Source: Eledone cirrhosa (Eukaryota). From it: a DNA stretch of 64,000 bases. The notes below the pieces were generated by a model, which saw nothing but the letters and a program-made list of their open reading frames with translations, did not search any database and was not told the DNA's origin. Location: positions 52,452,001 to 52,516,000 of the forward strand of contig OZ024743.1 in the NCBI GenBank assembly GCA_964016885.1, in the 5' to 3' direction. A program made the position numbers and the translations under genes. This document shows, one piece after another, positions 40,115-54,034 of the stretch. Each line of letters opens with the position of its first letter. The stretch's first letter is position 1.

Positions 40115-40799
40115 CTGAAACAAACAAAACCAAGTGTAAATTTCATCGTCGTCATCACCACCACCACCACCACCACTATCACCAACACCACCACCACCAC
40201 CACCACTATCACCAACACCACCACCACCACCAGTTAGGGCAGCTCAAAGGAAAATAAACTGAAAATGAAGATGAGCTGGGACCCTTTTAATTTCAGTTGT
40301 CTGGAGGAAGGAATGGGAGGAGGGAGGAAGGAATGATGGGATGAGGGGGAGACTGGAAGAAGGAGGAGATAGAAAGTAGGACACAGGCAGGGATATAGAT
40401 GTAAGGTGTGTATAAGGGGGCAGACAGACTCTAGAGAGAGAGAGAGACACACAAACACACACGGGTGTGGTGTGGAGGGGGTTGTGAGAGAGAGAGAGGT
40501 GTTTGTGTGGATGGGGGTGGGTGAGTGAGAGAGAGAGAGAGAGACGTGTTTGAGTGTGGGTGGGTGAGAGAGAGAAAAGACAACAATGTATAGAGATGAG
40601 TGAAAGTAGGGGAGGTGTATTAGACAGGAGAAGAGATTGTCACATATATTACAAACGACGGGGAGAGAAGCTTGAATTAAAAACAAACTTATTTTACTGA
40701 ATTGTCACTATGTATCGATATAACTACACACAAGGGTGACCTGTGCACCTCCTATTTTGAATTCCTATTCCAAAGACAGTCATGCGAGCATTTTTGGAA

Positions 40800-41175
<376 letters not shown>

Positions 41176-44100
41176 TGAAGTGTTATTAAAACAGATGGCT
41201 GTTAAGAATGTAAAGTAGTTGGTATCATGTTTCTCGCTGATACAAATCTTAAAGAAACGTTAAGGAGACCAAACTTAAGCCGCCATTACAAGACATTCTC
41301 ACACTTCCCCCATTAAAACATTCAAATTGATTTTCTTCCCACACTTTTTCCGAGGAGTCAACGACATTGGTGTGACGCATTGGGTCAAACTTATCGCTTC
41401 AGCCACAAACCCCCTGCAATACGGAGGAACAAAAGGTTATCGAAATGCCAGGCTTTGACCGATTCCTGTTTGTGCTAGTGGGTCACCATTGAGATATCCA
41501 CTGTCTTCGATTCCCAGATAAGTGTGAGTCCCAGCAGAGTGTATGGCCGACGCAACAGGCATCCGTTAACTCTCTGTGGTAATGTCACCATCTTGTTAAC
41601 TCATAGCAGCTGAGATATGTCCGACATAGGACTTCTAGATTACGTTTGATGTATTAAACATCAACAACCACGAACTCACAGATGTGCCGTTTCTTCCCCC
41701 TGCGTTTTACATCAGCACTACCCCGACATTTAATCAGTTGAACGACCTATATACATGCACACCCTCTCTACATAAGTCTACGGATCTCAGCTGTATACCC
41801 TCCTCCCATCACCATGTATCTCACCATCTTCTCTAATGCATCCTAAAAGAAGGAAAGGGGAGGAAGAAAACAGGTCACAAATATTGTTGGGGAGAGATGT
41901 AATCGATTAAATAAATTAAACCCAGTAAATGATTGGTTCTTTATTTTATCGACTCCTGAAAGATGAAAGACTAAGTTAACCTCAGCGAAATTTGAACACA
42001 AAGGGACGTGACTAAATGCCACACAACGTTTGGTCTACCTATCTAGCGATTTGGTTAATCTCACCATCCTTTATGTTTCTCATGCGGATTTCTAATGCTA
42101 CCAAAAGGTAACACCTTAAAACTTTAAGACCACTACCTGCTTCTTGGGATCTCTAGGAGTCCACTCTGTTGCAAACATTCAGGCCAGGTCGATGATTTCA
42201 GCATAACTTACTATTTCCGCACTAAGTGGAGGCTCTGGAAAGGGTTATAGGTATTTCCTCATCATCCCCATTAACGATTGCACTGTACTATAAGTATTTG
42301 GGCCAAGTCTTCAGTGTGAGGGCGACTTCTTTCTTTCCTCTCACCAATTCTCGAGGATCTGGAAACAATTAAGGGCCATGGCTTTTGCTATTCCCCACCC
42401 TTCCCGACTAAATATAATTGGTGAAAGAAAACAGATTTTAGAGATTGTGCAACCACTTCAACTGGTAGAATGTCCAGTTCAGCCAAATAGATGACCAGAC
42501 GTCTAAATTATCATGAGAAAGAATAGAGTCTTAGAGCTAAGCAGTTATTATCATCACTGGCTGTTTGACAACATTTAAAAACCTCTTTCATAAATTTAAT
42601 GACAATGGTGAAACACTTATAGATTTCGAGTGACCGGATGACAAGAGGAACTGACCAGACAGTGTTGTAATAAGTTACAAACTGCTCAGCTTAAAACAGT
42701 GAGGTAACTCTTTTTTAAAGAAGATTGAACCACTGATTTTAGTCCTGCCTGTGATTTAACCCTTTCGTTTCCATATTTCTAATGAGAAACACAATGCCTA
42801 CGATTTGCAAATAATTTTGAAAATAATCAAGAATTTAGAAAAATTTAATAATATCACTTTCTCAATTAATATTGGGCAATATTAGTAGAGGGTCACACGC
42901 TATGCTTTGAGTTACGGCCCTTGCCATTGTGAGTTCAAATCCCGCCGCAGTTAACTTTGCCTTTCATCCTTACGGGGTCGATAAAATAAAGTACCAGTAA
43001 TGCACTGGTTAATTGCTGGCTTTGTGCCAAAAGTAGAAACAATTATTAATTGGATGTTTGGAACATAACTTAACAAAGTTTCATCATGAGCATCACCATC
43101 ATTTAACGTCCACTTTCCCTGCTAGCAAGGGTTGGATAGGTCTTCACTGTACTAAAGCAGGGCTACCGACTTCTCAGTCAGGCCGGCGGTTTGCTTCTAG
43201 CTTCCGTACGGTTGGTTCCACGTTCTAGCAAGTGCATTTTATCGTGACATCAGCACTTAAAAGGTTGTCATGTCTTTGATACAACTGGTGGGTCCTCCCA
43301 ACCCTTTCTTTGGCAAGCATTCTACAGCTGAATGCCCTTCATATCACCAACCACATTACAGCACGTACTAGATGCTTTTATTGTGTAGATCACCAACACT
43401 AAGGATGTTGTCATATTCTTAACACTTCTTAAATAAAATTATGATAGAAGATTTTTTAGATAAATACTTCCAACTGTCATTGTGTGTGTGTGACAGTTCA
43501 CACCTATGTGTGTGTGTTTGTCTTTGACACCAACACAGCACATAGTGTGATGTGTGTGTGACAGCTCACACCTATGCAGGTTTAGCTGGCCTCCTCCAAG
43601 GTATATCTCGTTGGAGGTGTCTTGGGTGATTTAATGATAGGGACCTCAGTCCTATCATCTCATTTCTACAGCTGAGTAAACTGGAGCAATGTGAAGTAAA
43701 GAGTCTTGCTCAAGGAAACAACACATCACCCGGTCCGAGAATTGAACTCACAACCTTTCGCTTGCAAGCCCAATGCTCTAACTACTAAGTCATGCGCCTT
43801 CACTGTCATTACCATATCCCTAATAAAATCATTCTGAAAATAAAAATTTAGAGGGACATAACTTTCACGTTATTAATCTGGTATTTGGAACACAAGAAAG
43901 ATTTCTACATTGCAAGGAAAATTTAAACACTTTCATTAAATTTTTATTATATTTTAATGAAATATTGTTCATTTAAAAATCATTTTGGAAACAAACAATT
44001 TTCTCATTAAGTGGGTGTTTGGAATGTATCATAACGAAGGATCTTATTTAAAATTATGATGGATGATTTTTACATAAATATAAATTCAGAATGCACAGAG

Positions 44101-44788
44101 TTGTATAATCCTGTCCAATTTTTTAATTATTTCATCAACTCTCCACCCCTGTTTGGCTGGTACACCACCCCTGTTTGGCTGGTACACCACCTCTGTTTGG
44201 CTGGTACACCACCTCTGTTAGGCTGGTACTATATTTTTGACCGGAAAGGATAAAAAGGCAAAATTGACTTTGGCGGAATTTGAATTGAGAAGGCCAGAGT
44301 CGGAGTAGAGAGGTGTCTAACACTCTGCCAAGTTGCCGTAAATGATCATCTCTATAAACCTCCTCGGGATTCTTTCTAATTAGAGAGTAAACGACTTGTT
44401 AAGCGATTAATTAATAAAATCGTATTTGTCATTAAACCTTCCCATAATGCAATGTGTGTTTATGTAATTACACAACTGCTAATTGATAAACCAAACAGTT
44501 GAAATTGAAATCATTGTAAATATTGATGCCCCCCCCCCCCACACACACATTTCCCCACCAGAATTCAAGAGAGTATTTGAACATAAGTTTGAAATCAGAG
44601 GCAATGGAAAGAAGTTCCAGCTAGATCCTGTCAACTAGATTTCTATACGGTTTAAATACAGCAAATCTGCAATGTGGCTCGGCTCCCTTAAAGTGTAAGA
44701 AGTTAAGGGCTGAAAGACTTGCTTGAGAGGGGTTTCTTCTCTAAAGACCTTCTGATGTTCAGCTCTCCTGAAAGTTTCCTACCACTTC

Positions 44789-44908
44789 TTCATTGTACTG
44801 TGTTGTTTACTTTGATGTTTCTGTTTACCTTTTACACACACACAAACATATGTGTGTGTGTGTAAAACGTAAATAGAAACAACAAAGCAAACAACACAGT
44901 ACAATGAA
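44789..44908. repeat. Imperfect ~120-bp palindrome centred on (CA)n/(TG)n
   Basis: ttcattgtactgtgttgttt...aaacaacacagtacaatgaa. Confidence 0.8.
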
Positions 44909-45403
44909 AATATATATTAGTTTAACGCTTGAAATATTAGGAAAACAGTCTTATAGACAGACATACTTTGATTTATTCTTTTAATTAATTTGTATAAACT
45001 GTTCTATCTGCAGTTAATATCTTCGTCTCCCTGGTTGCTTTATATCGCTTATAATTTGAACACACACACACATATTTATATATTATTTATATATATATAT
45101 TTGTGCTATAAAGAGCTTGGAATGTCTCTCTTCATTTGATTATAAGGGAATATTGTGAGTTTTTAACTCGACCATATATATATATATATATATATAGTAA
45201 TAATAGTAATAATAATAAATGGGAAGACTAGAATCCATTGCCAGGGAACGTCTTCACGAACCAAAGTATTGTCTTCCTGTTTTCCTTCGGTTGCAACGTT
45301 TTTCAAAATATTTACTTCTGCGTCCACAGATTGATTTTTTTAGTTTCAGAAGATCCCGCTAAGGGTGAACGCACCGATTATTTGCTTAAACTTTAATCTG
45401 TTA

Positions 45404-45452
<49 letters not shown>

Positions 45453-45929
45453 ATATCTATAAACAAAGCTTTGTTGAAGTTTGGTGAAGAAACAGAATAT
45501 TGTGTACTCCGTCCATAAAACAGCAGATTATGTGTTAATATATAATGGTTCTCCTACACCAGACATGAATAATTAACGAGACGACAACCCAGTATAATTA
45601 TAGGTTATTTCACTCATTCCAGCACACCATTAATAAACATAATAATGACAACAACACCCATACACAAACATTAAGTCTTGGGCTTATTTTATTATTTTGA
45701 GTGTTTATTCGACAACAGCAACGATAACATCAACACTCAAGGAACAAGATGGAATCTAACTTTAAACCCGTTCGTCACCATATTACTAAAACAATTCACT
45801 ACTTCTGTTTCAAATGATTTTGAAAATAATCAAGGATTTGGAGGAATTTAGTAAAATAACTATTTTTTTCATTGTTATGTCTGGAATGTAACAAAGATTC
45901 TTACAAATTATGGTGTTACCTAGAGGACT

Positions 45930-46380
45930 AAATTACCTGTGGGGATGGAAGTTCTGAGAGTACAGTGACTAGAGTGAGAACCGAGTGGAAAAAGCACAGA
46001 AAACTACAACCACTGCTGGCTACAAAGATTGTTTGATGCCTATGTGGTGCTGCATTGAAGTGAAATTTTGGCCTTGAATGCAGAGGCTCTGTAGTGATTG
46101 GAACCTTTGGTCTGTGTGCATTGGTGAACTGAGAGGGATTAGATGTAGTATGCAAGAGAGAAGACTACATTGGTGTGGGTATGTGATGCATATTGAGGAT
46201 GACAGTTGCATAAAGAAGTACAGGGCACTCAAAGTTAGTGGAAACTGCAGAAGAGGTAGACCAAAGAAAAGATGGGATGATATGGTAATGGCTGACCTTA
46301 CAAATGTGAACCTCACGAAGGAGATGACACGGGGCCAAGTTGACTGGCGATATGCTATACTACAGAAGACTCTTCCACGT
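45930..46380 (+). pseudogene. Diverged RTE ORF 3' remnant
   Basis: LRGIRCSMQERRLHWCGYVMHIEDDSCIKK...RRGRPKKRW. Confidence 0.8.
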
Positions 46381-47692
46381 AAGCAGAATGACATAATGTT
46401 GGTAAAGATGGTTATAACAGCAGACAGGTGTATTTAGGTCCCACTCCAACATGACAAACACATCTGCCAGACGTCACTTGCTCACAATCTCAATCAATAT
46501 CTCCAACCCCGTCAATATGCCTCCTTCTATCTTCCCTTTATGTCACTAGTTAACAACACTATTCCCCCCCTCCCATCTTAATTTCCTACATTCCTTGTCC
46601 AACCCATGCCAGCATGGAAAGACATACACCACACTCCCACTCAGTATGCCTTCCTGCCCCTTGTCCCACTATGCCAGTCAATGTACTGTCAGACCTCACC
46701 CTTTATGGCTACCTCTCCTTCTCACCCCCATCGGCAGGCAACATGTAACCTACCCCAACTCCTTTCACTGTCCCCTCAGCCTGGTCACATCGAGCACCCT
46801 TGTGTTAGTGCTGATGTTAGGATAAATGCACTCGACCGACTTTGTAAAATGGTAGTACTGGTGCCACGATAATAAGCAACTAATCCACTCTGTCAGGTGG
46901 TAGTGGAAGTGTGTGTGATGTGTGTGACAAATCACACCTATGCAGGTTTAGCTGGCCTCCTCCAAGGTATATCTCGTTGGAGGTGTCTTGGGTGATTTAA
47001 TGATAGGGACCCCAGTCCTATCTTCACATTTCTACAACTGAGTAAACTGGAGCAATGTGAAATAAAGTGTCTTGCTCAAGGAAACAACACATCACCTGGT
47101 CCAATAATTGAACTCACAACCTTTCGATTGCAAGCCCAATGGTCTTACCACTAAGCCATACGCCTTCACGTGGCAGTGGCAGTGTCACTCTATAAGCATC
47201 TCCCAATACACATTGCAAAGTAGTTGACGTTAGGAATGGCATAAATCAAACCAAAAATGGAACATGTGTATGAGCGGCAGTCATCTGAGCTGTCTGACTT
47301 TAGGAAGCAAACACGGAAAATAGACACAAAACGGTGATAATGATGATGGTAAACACGAACTTACCATATTTCTAATAACATTTCTAATAACCTTCAAAAT
47401 TGTGGTCGAATATTTTTATATAAATATTATTTAGTAAAATAACTATTTCAAAATACTAATATAGTTTGGCAGCACGTACACTGTTAATCGAATCACTCAT
47501 CTCTTGTTAAGTTGACAAACATGTTAGTATTTATACCACAGTACGTATCCACTCTCCTCTCTCCCAAGTTTGTAATAAAGTATCTATGTGAGTTTCTTTT
47601 TACTAAACATGTTGACCTCAACAACTAGCTTATCTGTATCGTTGGAATTACTCACCAGTTTAACTGTGCACAGATGGCTCCATCCATCCATC

Positions 47693-47733
<41 letters not shown>

Positions 47734-47963
47734 GTTTTAGTACCACAACAACATAAACAAACACTACGTGGGGGTGTATATATATCTATACACAACATAC
47801 TCTTCCTATATATATATATATTTAGGTTTGAACGTTCACCACTGGATAGAACTGGTCATTCCGTATGGTCAATCTTGATGTAATAATATGGAGAGTACTC
47901 AATGTAAAGCGCTCAACCGTCTTCGTTTGTGTAGTTGGTGGTGCGAGTACGGAGTTAAATATT

Positions 47964-49813
47964 ATAATAAAATAACAGGAGGCTGGACTTGTGGAAATCC
48001 TTGAAAGGTTTATTATACTATGATAATTTCAATGACCGGGTTCCGTATGAATCCGGTGATATCATCAGGTATTCAAAATATAATAAATGAATGCAATAGA
48101 TAAAATCCATGGGGCTGAAAATCATAGCCCCGAGGACGACCGACCATCTAGCATCTTCCACGTTAACCGGTCGCCCTCAAGTGCTGGTTATTCGGTCTAC
48201 TTAAGGCTATCTGGTGAGGGGGCGAAAGCTTATAATGTGCTACTAACCTCCCGGTCAAAGAGAAAAAAAAAAAAAAGACAGAAAAAAAGAAAAGTCAGTG
48301 TTAATGTCATGCTACAATCAGGCTAGGAATTTCCGCGAAAAATGTTATTCTTAACAGAGGTATATATAGTGGGCGTCTGCATGGTATAATGTGTGAACAG
48401 AAAATTGGAACGTTAAATTTTTGTTTAGATTTATAGGATGAAATTAAAAAAAATTAAATTAAAGATTAAAATTATAAAATTAAAAATTAAACAGTTTAAA
48501 AAAATTTATGGTTTGGTTGCGAGATTTAGTTAAAGAATTTACAGAGAGAGTCTTTTATGAAAAATGTTTAAGTGTATTATAGAGATCCTCGATAAGTTTT
48601 CAGGGTGGGATATAGAGTAAAGATTAAGTCTTTATTTAGCAGTCAAATAGCACGCGACGACTGTATACTCCGGCCAGCCCATCCTAACCACTTGTCAGCC
48701 ATTCCAATTGAAATCGTCTAGCGAGAGATATGGAAATCATTTTTTCCGAGCACTCGAGGAATGTAACTGTTCTAGGCTTCGGGTGTGCCAGTGGGAAGTC
48801 AGCCATTGTCGTTAGGCCATCGTTATACCAAACGAGTACTATTAATTTACACAGGAGGGGGATTTGTTTAAGTGCCAGTAGAGGGAGATATGATACAGCT
48901 AATAGTTATGATTAGGCCTAGAATGTAAGGGTACTATATGGCGGTCAAAAACGGCGGCGAAGCAATCCGCTCCGAGTAATTTCATTTACCGAAAGAACGG
49001 GAAATTTATTTTTTCCAAGCACTCAAGGGAGGCTTATGCACCAGGGCGCCGGGCGCGCAGCCAGGAAGACCACCACACCAGTCGGATCATCGCGTGTAAT
49101 CAATTATAAAACCCGATGAAAAGCACAAATAGACTATATCTAGGTCCCCAGATAGTCCGGGTTATTAGTATTGTGGTTCTCAGGGGGAGATATTCTAGTG
49201 TCGTGTGCTAATGAGTACAATGATAAGTACTTAATGAGAGTAAAGCGAGTAAAAACCTAAATAAAAGGAACAGTAGGCAAAATACAAAGAATACATAGAT
49301 AAATTAAAGCAGAATACGAAGATAAAAACACATTAATAAAGTAAAAAGGTAGAAATATATAAATAAATAAATAAATAAATGAAAAAATACATTAAAAAAA
49401 AAAAATAAATAAAATAAAACGTCGTCATAGCTAGGGTGGTGGTGGAGTAAAACGGAAGTATATAAGAACATATCGGAGAAATCGAAACACATGGGAAATA
49501 CAATATAGATCAAGTTGCATTTAGATAATGCATATAGATATAGAGGATGGAGAGATGGAATCAGTGTGTGTTCGAGCCTCAGAATTCAGTATGAATTACA
49601 AAGGCCCTGAAGTATAGGGTAGAGAATTCAGTCAATACAGTACAGTACAATACAGGTTATGGTATAATCCGTAGTTTGTCGAAGTCTGAATATTCCCGGT
49701 ACTTTATTTTATTGACCCCGTAAGAATAATAAAATAACAGGAGGCTGGACTTGTGTAAATCCTTGAAAGGTTTATTATACTATGATCATTTCAATGACCG
49801 GGTTCCGTATGAA
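47964..49813 (-). mobile_element. Candidate non-autonomous PLE/retrozyme-like element bounded by 88-bp direct repeats (47964-48051 and 49726-49813)
   Basis: Near-identical direct repeats overlap a hammerhead. No recognisable ORF lies between them. Confidence 0.5.
48015..48072 (-). ncRNA. Type I hammerhead ribozyme motif (family H)
   Basis: Reverse complement reads atac-CTGATGA-tatcaccgg attcatacggaac ccggtcatt-GAAA-ttatcaT-A-gtat. The second repeat has the perfect palindromic stem III atgatcat. Confidence 0.8.
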
Positions 49814-50149
49814 CAGCAGCATGGGACTGACTTGATCTACTCACCATTCGGATTTTATATCAATAAAATAAAGTACCAGTAATACACTGGGTTATTGCTG
49901 GCCGTGTGCCTAACGTAGAAACAATTATTATTATTATTATATATGTCCCACCCTTGCAAGCAGGGAAAAGCGGACGTAAAATGAAATGATGATATATATA
50001 TATATGTATATATGTGGAGGTTATATTTAATTTGTTGGGATACAACAAGCAAAATATTTTTATAACTGATATAAAGCACTCAACAAATTATTGGAGTAAA
50101 TATACAATATATTAACAAATGGAAACTATATTTATAAAACCATATTTAT

Positions 50150-50209
50150 TTCATTATACATATTTCAAGGGCCACCAATGCAAACTATGGTGCGCTTTCA
50201 TCAGATAAA
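50150..50209 (-). ncRNA. Hammerhead motif (family C)
   Basis: Reverse complement reads tttat-CTGATGA-aagcgcacca tagtttgcat tggtggccctt-GAAA-tatgtat-A-atgaa. Confidence 0.82.
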
Positions 50210-50307
50210 ATATAATATAGGTTAGTTTTATAAATAAATGCAACCAGAATGGTTGCATTTTTTCAGGGTATGTCAATATTTATTTATAAAACTAACCTAT
50301 ATTATAT

Positions 50308-50367
50308 TTTATCTGATGAAAGCGCACCATAGTTTGCATTGGTGGCCCTTGAAATGTGTATAATGAA
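50308..50367 (+). ncRNA. Hammerhead motif (family C)
   Basis: CTGATGA at 50313, GAAA at 50351, stem I tttat/atgaa. Confidence 0.8.
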
Positions 50368-50468
50368 ATAAATATGGTTTTATAAATATAGTTTCCATTT
50401 GTTAATATATTGTATATGTATATATATATGTAAATATATATATGTATATATATATATATGTGTATATA

Positions 50469-50501
<33 letters not shown>

Positions 50502-50516
50502 GTGTATATATATATG

Positions 50517-50563
<47 letters not shown>

Positions 50564-50574
50564 ATATATATATA

Positions 50575-50645
<71 letters not shown>

Positions 50646-50721
50646 GTGTATATATATATATATATATGTGTATATATATATATATATGTGTATATATATA
50701 TATATGTATATATATATATGT

Positions 50722-53700
50722 ATAGAACTACGGTGACAGTAATATCTGCGTACACACCCCAATCCGGACTGCCCGGCACTATAAAAGACAGATTCTATGA
50801 GACACTGATGCTCGCTACCTCCCAAATAACCGACAGTGACTATATAATTATTGCAGGCGACCTAAATGGTCACGTTGGACAACATTGTGACGACTATGAC
50901 GGAATCCATGGAGGCTATGGGTTCGGTACTAGAAATGAGGAAAGCTCCAGAATCCTGGAATTCTGTGACGCAAATAACCTAACTATCTGTAACACTAACT
51001 TCAAAAAACGAGACAATCACTTGATCACCTATAGATTGGGGGAACACACAAGCCAGGTAGATTATATCCTTACCAGAAGACGTGACAGAGTGTCTGTTGT
51101 AAACACTAAATCCTTCCCCCATGAAGAATGCACCTCCCAACATAGACTGATAATTAGCGACCTCATAGTCAGGACGAGACGTACTAGACAGCAGAAGAGG
51201 ATTATCCTCAGGAGAAAAATATGGAAGCTAAAGGACCCCACAGCCAGGAATAAATTTCAAAGCATATTACTTGATGCTTTCGACAGTAAGGAAGAACATT
51301 TAGAGTCGGACAATATAGAGGGAGAGTGGGAATTTCTGAAAGCAAACCTGCTGTTGGCGACAGACGAGGTCTGTGGCTGGAGCAGGCCTGTAGGCAGGAG
51401 GAGAGTAACATGGTGGTGGAACAGTAAGGTGGAGGGGTCAATTAAGGCCAAAAAGCAGGCTTGGAAAGTATGGCGGGATGGGGGAAGTAGAGAGGACTAT
51501 CAAGTGGCCAGGAGGGAGGCTAGGAGACAAGTGTACTTAGCAAGAAGGGAAGCTGAGGAAAGAAAGTTCAAGCATGTTCTACAACGCGATGACCAAAAAC
51601 GTGAGGTGTTCAGGATTGCTAGGCAATGCGTCAAGGAAAACCGTGATATTGTCGGGGAGAAGTGTGTACTAAACGACGATGGCACACTTGCCATCACCGA
51701 CGCTGATAAGAAGGTAGCTTGGAAGTGTCACTATGAAAGGCTTCTAAATGAGGAGAATAATTGGGAGAAAGGCAGTCTCCCCCATATCGACCCAATAGAG
51801 GGACCAGCAGTGTTAGTCGAGGGGAGTATAATAAGTAAGGCAATCAAGGATATGAAGACTGGTAAGGCGGCTGGGCCTTCGGAAATAGTTGCTGAGATGC
51901 TGAAGGCATCTGGCACGGTGGGACACACCATGGTCACCCGCATAGTTAACCAAGTCGTACAGAATGGGGTTGTTCCGAAGGACTGGCATAGCAGCATCAT
52001 CGTTAACTGTTATAAGGGTAAAGGAGACGCCCTAGATAGGAGTAACTATAGAGGCATTAAATTAATCGACCAGGTCATGAAGGTCACGGAAAGAGTAATA
52101 GCGCAACTAATCAGAGAGAGAATTGACCTAGATGAAATGCAGTTCGGGTTTGTGTCAGGCAAAAGTACCACAGACGCTCTTTTCATAGTACGACAACTAC
52201 AGGAGAAGTACCTAGCTAAAGGTAAACCCCTCTACTTAGCTTTTGTCGACTTGGAGAAAGCCTTCGACAGAGTCCCCCGCTCCATTATCTGGTGGGCTCT
52301 TAGAAAACTAGGCGTTGACGAATGGCTTGTGAGGGCTATACAAGCCATGTATAAAGAAACAGTCAGCAAGGTTAGAATTAACAACGAATATAGTGAAGAG
52401 TTTAGCGTAAAAGTTGGCGTCCATCAGGGCTCTGTTCTCAGTCCACTACTATTTATTATTGCCCTTCAGGCTATAACAGAGGAGTTCAAGACAGGCTGCC
52501 CATGGGAACTCCTATACGCAGACGACCTGACACTCATAGCGGAATCAATGGCCGAGCTAGAGAAGAAATTCCAAACATGGAAGCACGGCCTAGAGTCAAA
52601 AGGACTTAAAATTAACCTGGCTAAGACCAAAGTACTAGTTTGTAGGAAAGAAAACAAGGCGGCGGTCCCTTCTGGGAAATGGTCGTGCTCGGTGTGTAGG
52701 AAAGGCGTAGGTAGAAACTCCATTTTATGTCCTAAATGCAAAGTATGGGTGCATAAAAGATGTAGTGGGATCACAGGTAAGCTAACTAAGAACATAGATT
52801 TTACATGTGGCCGGTGCTCTGGTGCAATAAGTAGCAGCAAGTGCCCACAAACTACTAGCTCTTTCAATTGCGCAGAGGGTTCTATAGAAATAGTGGACAG
52901 CTTCCGTTACCTGGGCGATAAAATCAGCAGTGGGGGAGGGTGCTCTGAAAGTACTGTAGCTAGAGTCAGAACTGGTTGGAAAAAGTTCAGAGAGCTTATA
53001 CCACTATTAGCTGCTAAAGGGTTCTCACTAAAAATGAAAGGCAGGTTGTACGATGCCTGCATACGAACAGCAATGCTGCATGGCAGTGAGACCTGGGCAT
53101 TGTGTGCAGAGGATATACGCAGACTAGAGAGGAACGAAGCTTGCATGCTCCGCTGGATGTGTAACAGTAATATACGTGAACGGCAAAGCATAAACGAACT
53201 AAGGAAAAAATTAGAGATAAGAGGGATCAGATGTTGTTTACTCGAGAGAAGGCTACGTTGGTATGGACACGTGATGCGCATGAAAGTCGATAGCTGTATA
53301 ACAAAGTGCAGGGCAATAAAGATAGACGGTAGTCACGGAATAGGCAGACCTAGAAAAACCTGGGACGAGCTGATAAACTCCGACATCACACACTTACACC
53401 TCTCCAAGACAATGTCACTGGACCGAGACCTTTGGCGGTACTCAGTAACAGAGAAGACCCGCCTTACCTAAATATATAGTAAAACCTACTCCAGCCAGTA
53501 GGCATCTCTAACAAAATACACCCCGTCCCACCACCCCCACCCCCACCCGATCCACACCACCCCGTTCTATGTAAAGTTATGTTGGTGCCGCGCCATCGAG
53601 GCCGAAACAAATGAGATCGTGTAGGTGTCACGACAAAAAAACACACAGTCCACGCTGTAATGTGGCCGTGTAGGCAACACGGTAAAAACCTCCCAGACCC

Positions 53701-53870
53701 ACACTGTAAATGTGGTTGGTGTTAGGAAGGGCATCCAACTGTAGAAAACCTGCCAGACAGTCCTATGCGAGCAAGACAATCACTCTTGCCTCAAGTGGGA
53801 CTACCCCCGTCCAAACCCATGCAAGCGTGGAACACGGACGTTAAACGTTGATGATGATGATGATGATGAT
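50722..53870 (+). mobile_element. RTE-clade LINE copy A, 5'-truncated, uninterrupted ORF to 53471 (partial APE, RT, PHD finger), (GAT)n tail
   Basis: [13 protein letters not shown] and SQHR APE motifs; [32 protein letters not shown] (52515) and FRYLG RT motifs; RTE-type RGRPRKTW-like C-terminus. Confidence 0.95.
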
Positions 53871-53893
53871 ATATATGTGTGTATATATATATA

Positions 53894-53958
<65 letters not shown>

Positions 53959-54034
53959 GTGTATATATATATATATATATGTGTATATATATATATATAT
54001 GTGTATATATATATATATGTATATATATATATGT

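Larger units (their letters stand above)
50017..50415. mobile_element. Palindromic PLE-like element, family C (second copy)
   Basis: Homologous to 12003-12428 in the opposite orientation, with (TA)n on both sides. Confidence 0.8.

Noticed and set aside
42280-42320. Minus-strand CTGAAGA motif
   Set aside because: No GAAA box. The plus strand reads KYLG, more likely a decayed LINE RT remnant, and is too degraded to call.
42925-42960. tRNA gene (B-box gagttcaaatccc)
   Set aside because: No cloverleaf; it is the head of a multi-copy SINE.
44748-44785. CTGATGT-tcag/ctga-AAG hammerhead-like motif next to a palindrome
   Set aside because: Core mismatch and no stem I pairing.
47645-47695. Possible additional SBSPON exon (minus-strand gtgagt donor)
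   Set aside because: No convincing acceptor and no Cys/Trp pattern of SMB or TSP1 domains.
50442-50721. YI-repeat N-terminus of the 1009-aa ORF (and the other YIYI, poly-V and poly-T ORFs)
   Set aside because: These are translations of stop-free microsatellites, not real coding sequence.
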